Origin: Azolla caroliniana
Taxonomy: Eukaryota > Plantae > Polypodiophyta
DNA: 64,000 bases
Direction: 5' to 3'
Assembly: GCA_043228905.1 (NCBI GenBank)
Contig: JBHGNT010000022.1
Location: 4,464,001 to 4,528,000, forward strand
Shown: one piece after another, positions 37,486 through 46,000 of the stretch
Position numbering within the stretch: the stretch's first letter is position 1
Layout: the number at the start of each line of letters is the position of its first letter
The notes under the pieces: generated by a model
What the model saw: only the letters and a program-made list of their open reading frames with translations
What the model was told of the DNA's origin: nothing
Database searches by the model: none
Position numbers and translations under genes: made by a program

Positions 37486-39900
37486 ATACTGAGACTGACC
37501 AACTGTCACAATGGATACCTTCTCCAGGTGTGCTTTCGTACAACTCTACCTAGGAGACTGGGGCAACAATTAATGTATTAAATATGGCCTAGGGACATTT
37601 CGAGTGTGATGTACAATATCTTTGTGCATTCGAGTGTGACGTAATGAATTTGTTTTTGGTTTTTTGAAACTTATTTACAATTTTTAATGTTTATTTTCTT
37701 CTTCGATTTAGTACTAAATTTTTGGCCAAAAGTTGGTACACCGTAGCATGCTTTGACCCCTTGAGTCTAAAAATCTTTGTTTCTTTTAAATGTAACATTG
37801 GTTTCCTCGACTGTAACATCCACATCGTCATCTTTTCGACAAATTCGTGAACGTCCTCCCAGGCTGGTCTGTGGCCCCGGTGGTCCCACTCAAGTAGCAC
37901 ACGCACGCGAGCATCTTCGCGACACTGCTTACCTGGTTTTGTCGAACTCGGATAGGTGGTATGTTTGCATTATCATTGGCGCTTGTCACCACATACGGCC
38001 CGAACCACCGCTTTGGTGAACTTCCGGGTTGACCGGTGCTAGTTGTCGAGGTTGTTGTTGTAGACTAGCATGTAGTCGCCTTCCTCGATCTTTTTCGGCC
38101 GGAGTTGGTGTGTCTGGTCGAATCGCCCTTTGCTCTTCAACCACGCTTCTTTTACTCGTTTCTTTGCTCGTTCGACATCTTCTGGTCTTCGCTCAAGTTG
38201 CCGGATTTGCATTGCCAACAACTCCTCTCAACTCATCTCGTCTGACCAGTCAACCGACATCCACGACATTATTGCTCTCTCCACCAACATCCACAACATG
38301 AGTTCGGATGGCATGTACCCTGCCACCGAATTGTGCATAGTTTGGTCTACCCATAGCGCATAAGGTAGAAGTCTCGGCCAGTTACCAACTCGTCCGTCGC
38401 ATGCCTGCACTATCGCCTTGACGATCGAACTGTGCCCTCTTTCGATATTTCTGTTTGCCCCCGGATTGTATGACGTTGTGAGGGAAAGCTTGACCCCTGG
38501 TCGATCGAATAGCTCTGCAACTTCCTACGCGTCGAACTCACCTCGATTGACCACAATCTCTCCCACACACCCGTACCAGCAAATTACGTCCTCGATTAGT
38601 AACCGGCATACTGTTGTGGTCATCTTGTTCGTCAATGCCAGGCCCTCCACCTGATTTGTTCGGTCCTCTCTCACGAGCACTAGGTACCTCATCTGCCCTA
38701 CCCCCATCGGCATCGTCACTAGGTTTACCATCCACTTAAAGTGAATGGCTGGAGGGTAGGGCGGGTGCAACTCATCTCGGTGTTGGATTGCCGAATGCAT
38801 CTAGCAGCTCTCACACATCGACACGAAGTGGTACACATCTCTATACATTCGCGGCCACTAGTACTTCTCTTTCAGCTTTTAGAATGTGGCCCATATTCCG
38901 CGATGTCCGAACCATGGACTCTCGTGGAACTCCGCTATCAGCACCGACTAGTCTTCCGCTCGCGTTACCACCTAGAGTGGTGTGCCTTTCCGCTTCTTCG
39001 GATGCCGCCATATCTTGCCATCTCGTAGGAAGAATTTATATGCTTTCTTCCGGATCTGACTTTCTTCATCCTTCGTCCACGATGCGTCTGACGCCATCAT
39101 CCTTAGGAACCTTCTGATCTAAAGTCACTCCCAATCGTATTCTTCCTCGTCGAACTCATTCAGGGCCAGAATGCTTCATTTGTTTGCCAACATTCGAGCC
39201 GACTCGAAGAAGTCCACGCCGACTTCTTTGTCTTCTGATACCATGCCATCCTCTCCTTCGACCCATGCTCTTGACAACATATCAGCCATAGTATTGTCTC
39301 TTGACAACATATCAGCCATGCTCTTGCCGTATCTCTCGATTAAGGGACTTTAAGTACGCGATCCACCTGAGCATCATTAGGTCCACAGTCGCACATCCGA
39401 AAACCATACCGAGAATCGGTAGGCAGCCCGTCTCGATTATAACCTATGCTCTGATCAAATAATCCTTGTCGGCCTTAATTGTTATTCTCTAGCCGGACAA
39501 GGCCTAACACAAGGTGTCACGGAGACACTTCACCAAAGGGTGATTACGGCATAGGATTAAGATTCAACGATTACACCGACTTACATAGGTTACACGATTA
39601 GAATGCTTCGGTTAATTACACGCGTAAGATATAACAGTAATTACAGAACGGAAATCAAGACAGAAGTATAAACAACATAAGCTCTATTAATTATCCGCTG
39701 TCATTACAATGGGGTCCGGGCCTTTAAATAGGTTTCCGGCCCGTAGTACAAAACGGTGCCTCTCGCACCTATTCGGGATCCGTCCGGATCTGGAACGGCA
39801 TACCGTTTCCAGTCCGTCCGTCCACACTATGCTCATTTACAACCATATCTAATTAATTCCTTCACTCCGTATTTTGGACTCCTTGCCGGCCGGTGACACA

Positions 39901-39917
39901 TGGCACGCCCGTGGGAC
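39901..39917 (+). promoter_or_regulatory. Inverted PBS-like / tRNA 3'-end motif occupying the PPT position (Gypsy-2)
   Basis: LTR ...GACA, then a CA spacer, then TGGCACGCCCGTGGGAC. No purine tract next to the 3' LTR. Confidence 0.78.
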
Positions 39918-39950
39918 AGTACCTTGTACGTCGAACCCTTCTCGGCCCCT

Positions 39951-42941
39951 TCATTGTTCACCCAAATTGTCCAAAATACTTTGTTCAAGAATTTCCACTT
40001 GTTCTTCCGGTTGTGGTTGCTGCGGCTGTGCTTGCTGCTGCTGCTGTGGTTGCGGTTGGGACTGAGGCTGCTCCGCTTGCTGCTGCTGCTCCGTTTGTTC
40101 CGCTGACTCCGGCTGCTCCGTTTGTCTCTCTGGCTCCGGCATCTCCGTTTGACTGCTTCCGGTCCGGTCTCCTTCCAGTAACGGTTCCTCATCACTGAGG
40201 TTGACCGTAACTGGTTCTCGTTCTTTCTCTCCCCGGATCCGGGACCTCTCGTAGCTTTCAAATTGGATCTGCGCCTCCAGCCTGTCGTCATCCAGCTGAG
40301 CTACAAGTTGCCGGACTTGCTCTAATTGGTCCTCTGCCAAGGCTTGAAAGTCTTCGGCAAGCTCCTCTCTTATGCCGGTGAAGTCTTCGGAAGTCAGCAT
40401 ATAGCAATCATCTCCCTCCTTCCGCCGGTTCTCTACGTCAGCCCGGAGCAATTGGAGTTCCGCCGCGTTCGTGGCCCACTTGGTCCACCATTTGACGGAC
40501 CCGTTGTCAATCAAGCTCTTGGTCTGGTTCAACCAGGCCCGCATTATATCCTGGATGCGACTTGCTCCCATTTGCGCTCTGCTTTCCACCACTTGTCGCT
40601 CCTCCTTCAACTGCTTGATGAGATTTGCCGTATCCTCCGCCTGCTCTCTGTAGCGCGTCAGCTGCCCTTGATATGTCGTTTGCAGCCTCTGCAGTACCTC
40701 CGCCGCTCTTTCTTTTTCCGCCTGCTGTTGCCTGAGGAGCTCTGTCCGAACCTTCTCCGCCTCTTCCAACCGTCTTCTGTTTTCCGCTTGTTCCTTGGCG
40801 AATGCGGTTGCGGTCCGATCAACTGCTTGCCGGAGCTCATCCGTCCGTTCCTTGTGCTCCGTTTGCAACCGTTTATACTCCCGGTGCAAGTTCTCAAATT
40901 CCTCCGTTTTTTGTTTGAGCTTGCCGTTGATCTGGCGATGGTTCCGGTCCTCCCGGTCCTTTACCTGCCGGAGTTCCTCTTTCAGGCGCTCTACTTCTGT
41001 TTCGGCGTTCCTCCGGAGCCTCTCCTTCTCTTGCAGCATTTTCTCCTTCTCCTCCTTGAGCCGGTCGTACGCTTGGTGGCCTTTCCGTAAGCTCTCCTCG
41101 GCCCGGCGTAGATTCTCAGCAGTCTTTTTGAGTTCTGCCTCCGCTGCCGTCTTCAATTCTCTTTCGCGGCTCCTCAGCGCTTCTTGGGCAGCAAGCTCAT
41201 CCTTTAAATCCGCAAGCTCTTGGGCTTGTGCCGCATTTCTCTCCGGAACGGTTTCCGTTGCCGGGGTCTGATTGCTATGTACAGGTTGATCTGCCGCTTT
41301 ATTCTGTACATTGCCCGGAGTCACCGGTGCTTGGACTTGTGTTGTCAAAGCCACTTGAGCCATTTCCCTTGTGACCCTGTCCAAGTCTTGTTCAAGGCTC
41401 CGGATTCTGGACCGGGCCGTCTCTAGATCTACGGTTGTGACGAGCAACCGTTCCTGGTGCGCTCTCTCTTCCGCCTCTATATACTCGACCACTCCGGCGA
41501 TTTGCTCGCCTACCCACCGTAGCCACATGCTACTGGTGCCTTGTTGCTGTACTGGTCGGGTCGGCTCATTCACTGTGGACTTGTCTGGCCTGAGTGCCTG
41601 CATATGCCGTTCTGGTTCTACTCCTTGGCCGCCGTGTGCTCTGGCTGGGCTCGCCGGCTGTTGAGTTCCGGTTCTCGCCGTCTCCGGAGCCGTTGGACTG
41701 ACTTCTTCTATAGAAGTCGACAAGACCGGTTCCCTACGCACCGGTTCCGGTTCTTCCCTTGTGGTTTGCTCAGGCTGAGTTGGGGGCGTTTCTGCCTCTC
41801 GCGGGTACGACCGCTCCCCTCCTGTCTCGGCGGTCCTACTTCTTGACCGTCGTTGGAGGTGCTCTTCTGGCTCCTCCGTTTCCTCTTCCTGTGTCACGGC
41901 ATGTGTCTGTGCCGTCAAGGGTTCCGGTTCCTTCTGTCCCGGTCTCCGTAAGGTTATCTTGACGGGTCGGACCGGTGATACCTCCTCCGGTTCTGGGACC
42001 CGTTTCTTCCCTTTCGTCGCCCTCGACGCCAGCAGCTGCTGTCGTTTGGACGCCGGCTTCGAGGTGCTTCCTTCCGATACTCTTGGCCGCTTCTTTGGCT
42101 GGACGGTCTCGACCGGCGGCACGAGCAATGTAATCCATTGAGCTACGACGTGCCACAGCTTCCGGCCCTCCTTGCCGTCCTTTCCTCGTACCATGTCGAT
42201 TGTCGTGCACAAACCGTCTGCAATCAACACCGGCCAGTCCACCTTGACCCCTTCATAGGTGGCAATGATCATCCCTGCCCGATTTTTTGGCATGACAGGG
42301 GGTCGGGGGTACACGTGACCGTACTCATGGAGCACTCGAGCTATCTCCCTGAATAGCGGATCTTCGCCGCCCTGCGTCCGATAGCCTTTGCCGGCAACAG
42401 AGTACTCACCGAAATATCGGGTGAGTTGCTCCGAGGTTGGATTATCAATCTGAAAAATTCCTCCCTCCGGAAGGCCTGTTAGCGCACGGATCGCTTCCTC
42501 GGTGATGACTTCCTTGTCGAGCTCCTTGATGACCTGGTCGGCTTCTCTGTGCGGTGGTGCTTCCATGATGGCCAAGAACCCCTCCAGTCCGTGTTGTCTG
42601 AACCATTTCCTGGCCGCTTCCGACAGCGTTTGTGGTTCCATGTCTGCTTCGAGGTCGAGGAAAGATGGCAAGGTAGAGTGGTGATGAGAGTGAGGACGAG
42701 AGAGAGAGCGTTCTGAACGTGGGGGTTCTCTGCGTGCAGGTTCGCGTTTGCTCAGCTTCCACTGTCTTGGTGCTTCTGTGCTTCTTGGCTCGCGAAATGA
42801 AAAGGTCTCCATGCGTTCTGCTTCTTCTTTGTGCGTTTTGGCGCCTTTTTCGAGCATGCACACGTCGTGTACCAATTTAGTATTAAGTAGCGTGGCGTCT
42901 CTTAAATGCCCACTACGTACCTTTTCGCTCCTTGCTTTCAC
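39951..42941 (-). CDS. ORF2 of Gypsy-2: unknown protein with a globular N-domain, disordered linker, long coiled coil and Q/P tail (first ATG at 42857, ~968 aa)
   Basis: Uninterrupted 996-codon frame, conserved in Gypsy-1. No clear transmembrane segment. Confidence 0.88.
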   Translation of the reverse strand: MKARSEKVRSGHLRDATLLNTKLVHDVCMLEKGAKTHKEEAERMETFSFREPRSTEAPRQWKLSKREPARREPPRSERSLSRPHSHHHSTLPSFLDLEADMEPQTLSEAARKWFRQHGLEGFLAIMEAPPHREADQVIKELDKEVITEEAIRALTGLPEGGIFQIDNPTSEQLTRYFGEYSVAGKGYRTQGGEDPLFREIARVLHEYGHVYPRPPVMPKNRAGMIIATYEGVKVDWPVLIADGLCTTIDMVRGKDGKEGRKLWHVVAQWITLLVPPVETVQPKKRPRVSEGSTSKPASKRQQLLASRATKGKKRVPEPEEVSPVRPVKITLRRPGQKEPEPLTAQTHAVTQEEETEEPEEHLQRRSRSRTAETGGERSYPREAETPPTQPEQTTREEPEPVRREPVLSTSIEEVSPTAPETARTGTQQPASPARAHGGQGVEPERHMQALRPDKSTVNEPTRPVQQQGTSSMWLRWVGEQIAGVVEYIEAEERAHQERLLVTTVDLETARSRIRSLEQDLDRVTREMAQVALTTQVQAPVTPGNVQNKAADQPVHSNQTPATETVPERNAAQAQELADLKDELAAQEALRSRERELKTAAEAELKKTAENLRRAEESLRKGHQAYDRLKEEKEKMLQEKERLRRNAETEVERLKEELRQVKDREDRNHRQINGKLKQKTEEFENLHREYKRLQTEHKERTDELRQAVDRTATAFAKEQAENRRRLEEAEKVRTELLRQQQAEKERAAEVLQRLQTTYQGQLTRYREQAEDTANLIKQLKEERQVVESRAQMGASRIQDIMRAWLNQTKSLIDNGSVKWWTKWATNAAELQLLRADVENRRKEGDDCYMLTSEDFTGIREELAEDFQALAEDQLEQVRQLVAQLDDDRLEAQIQFESYERSRIRGEKEREPVTVNLSDEEPLLEGDRTGSSQTEMPEPERQTEQPESAEQTEQQQQAEQPQSQPQPQQQQQAQPQQPQPEEQVEILEQSILDNLGEQ

Positions 42942-42956
42942 ACCCGTTCATACCTC

Positions 42957-42994
<38 letters not shown>

Positions 42995-43023
42995 CTTTCA
43001 ATTTTTAATGACGGTGTGTGACC

Positions 43024-46000
43024 TTACACATCCGTAGGTCCCTTCGAACCCTTACCGTTTTCCTTACGGGTTGCCGTGTCTTCCTTCGTCTCTGCTACGG
43101 GTTCCCCGTCGTCTTTTTCTTCCGGATTGATCCGTACCGATCCCGGACAGTTTCCCGGTCTAGTGCCGGTGAGCTGCATAAACGGGTTCTTTGGCATCGG
43201 TCCTTTATAGGGCTTTAGTCGAAATCCATTCACCCACTTGCCTAGTACTTCACCGGCAAGTGTCCCTATCTGATAGGACCCGTTGTATTCCCTTGTCAGC
43301 CAATACGGGCCTGTCCATTTGAACCGGAGTTTACCCGGCATCTTGCCCATCCTCGTTTGGAATACTAGCACTGGCTTTCCGATTTCGAACATCTTCTCAT
43401 TACCTTTCCGGTGACGGTCAACGAACGCTTTCCGTCGTCGTTGCTCCAGTTCCATGTGTAGGATGCTGGCCAGCCGTTGCTCCTCCAGTTCGCATAGTGC
43501 TGCTAGCCGCATTTCCTCCGACTTCTTTTCATTCAGCCGTTCCCGTAGTTGGATCCGTAAGCTTGGTACCTGAAACTCGACCGGCATGACCGCTTCTAAG
43601 CCGAATGCTAACCGGAACGGCGTTGTCCGGATACTTGTTTTGTATGCCGTTCTGTACGCCCATAGCGCACTATGGAGCTTTGTGTCCCAGTCCGTCCGGT
43701 TTTCATTGACAATTTTGCGGAGAATGTTCTGCAACGTTTTATTGGTGGACTCTGCTAACCCGTTCGCCTGTGGGTAGTACGGTGTGCTTCGTTTATGGAC
43801 CACGGCATAGAACGTTGTTAAGCTTTCCACTACCTGGCCAAGGAAGTGGCCTCCTTGGTCGCTGATTAATTCAATCGGACATCCATACCGGCACCAAATG
43901 TTTTCGTACAGGAATTTTGCTGTGGATGACGCGGTGTTGTCTCTCAGGGCCTTAGCTTCCACCCATTTCGTGCAATAATCCGTTGCCACGATGACATAAC
44001 GATTACCTGTTCTCATTGCCGGTGGCTTGAACGGTCCGACAAAATCCAACCCCCACTTCTGGAATGGCTCTAGTGGAAGTACCGGTTGGTGTGGCATCCG
44101 TGCTTGCTCCGTAGGCTGGCCCATTCGTTGGCATAGGTCACATTCCTTAGCATACTTGACGGCGTCTTTTAACGTCGTGGGCCACCACAAGCCGCTCTGC
44201 CATACTTTCCTCGCCGTCGCTTCCCCGGCATAGTGTCCTCCGGCAACCCCACAGTGTGCTTCCCGTAAGATTACTTCTTGCTCGTCACTACGGACTGCCC
44301 GTCTCCATATTCCATCTGCTCCCTTGTGGTAGAGAGTGTCCCGTAATAGACAGAAATTGCGGCTCTGCACCGCCAGTCGTTTCCTCTCGTCCCGGTTCAT
44401 TTCCTCCGGTGGCAGGCCCGTGCTTAGGAACTGGTGCATGTTTGTCAGCCACCTATCTTCTGATACCACCGTGTCGTCTGCTGCCGTTTCCGGGGTGATA
44501 CGGAATAACTCTGCGTCCGGGAATTCATCCGCTACTCCGTCGCCTGCTTCTCCGGACTCTAACCGGCTCAGGTAGTCTGCTACGGCATGATGGATACCGG
44601 GGCGGTGGAATATCTCGAATTCGAACTCCTGCAACAGCAAGGTCCAACGGGCCAACTTACCGGTCAAGGACGCCTTGGATACTAAGTACAGGAGCGCCGA
44701 GTGATCCACATGGCAGGAGAACTTCCTTCCCAATAGGTAATGACGAAACTTTGTTACACTGTAGATCATGCCCAGGGCCTCCCGTTCTGTCGTTGAATAG
44801 TTCTTTTCCGCTTGGGACAGCTTCCGGTTGGCGTAATATACCGGCCGGTACCATTTAGGCTCCGTAAGTTGCATTAAGGCGCTGCCAATAGCGATGTCGG
44901 AAGCGTCCACGAACACATGAAATTCCTTGCTCCAATCCGGAGGCTGCACGACGGGTGCTTGCGATAAAAGTACCTTCAGGGCATTGTATGCCTTATCCTC
45001 CGTATCCGTCCATTGGAACGGTGTCCGATGTACCGCGGTGTGTAATGGTGTAGCCAAGTCAGCCAAGTGACGGAGCATCCGGCTGTGCCACCGGATTTGT
45101 CCTAAGAATCGGCTTAGTGCTTTGGCCGTTTTCGGTGCCGGTGCCCCTAGTATGGCGTTTACTTTGTCCGGGTCGACCGCAATGCCCTCCTTACTTACAA
45201 TGTGTCCCAGCAATATTCCACTTGAAACCCCAAAGATGCATTTTGCTGGGTTTAAGCTTAGCCGGTATAACCTACACTTTTCAAGGCATAACCGTAGGTG
45301 CTGCAAATGGTCTTTTCCCCGGCTATAGACTGCAAAATCATCCAGGAAAACTTGCATGAAGGCAGGAATGTATTCGCCGAAGATCTCCATGATGATTCGC
45401 TGGAACGTTGCTGGTGCCGTTTTTAGGCCGAACATCATGACTTCTGCCACAAACACCCCCCCCCATTCGGTAACGAACGCTGTCTTCTCCTGGTCGTCCG
45501 GGTGCATCCGGATTTGCTTGTACCCGCTGAACCCGTCTAGAAAGCTATAAACTTCATGGCCGGCGACGGCATCCAGTACTCCATCCGTGAACGGAAGAGG
45601 GAATGCATCCGTAATTGTGGCTGCATTTAGTTTCCGGTAATCTACACACACACGGATTTTACCGTTCTTCTTTGGGACGACGACGATGGGGCTCAGCCAC
45701 GTCGCTTTCTTTACCGGCCGGATGAAGCCTACTCTTAGGAGTTTGTCGATTTCCTCCTTCACTTTGGCGGCGTAGTTGGGGTTCATTCGGTAACGTCGTT
45801 GCGCCACTGGTTTCGCGTCCCTGCCTAGGTGGATCTGATGCTGATATAATTGAGGGTCCAGCCCTCGCATGTCTTCGTATGACCAGGCGAATACGTCGCG
45901 AAACTCCGTGAGAAGTTTGATCATCGCCGCTTTATCTTCCGGCTTCATTTCTTTGGCGATGTGTACCGGCTTTGATTCGTCCTTGCTTCCTAGGTTTACT

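Larger units (their letters stand above)
28486..37760. mobile_element. Left-truncated Sola2-like DNA transposon with a convergent cargo gene
   Basis: Cleanly interrupts an LTR (cttcttct|...|ttgagtc). The right end reads 5'-GGGGTCAAAG on the minus strand. Contains a transposase C-terminus. No left TIR or TSD. Confidence 0.6.
19787..37924 (+). mobile_element. Non-autonomous gag-only LTR element (5' LTR 19787-20422; PBS-Trp 20428-20440; 3' LTR 22426-22823 + 28458-28485 + 37761-37924)
   Basis: Matching LTRs with TGTCGTG...CGCGACA ends. 4-bp TSD CCGC/CTGC. TGGTGAACCCGAC PBS. The 2-kb internal region has no pol motifs. Confidence 0.88.

Noticed and set aside
36870-37543. ORFs with SLSLSL runs
   Set aside because: Translation artefacts of the (TC)n microsatellite.
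39951-42941. ORF2 as a retroviral envelope
   Set aside because: No signal peptide or hydrophobic transmembrane span; mostly charged coiled coil.
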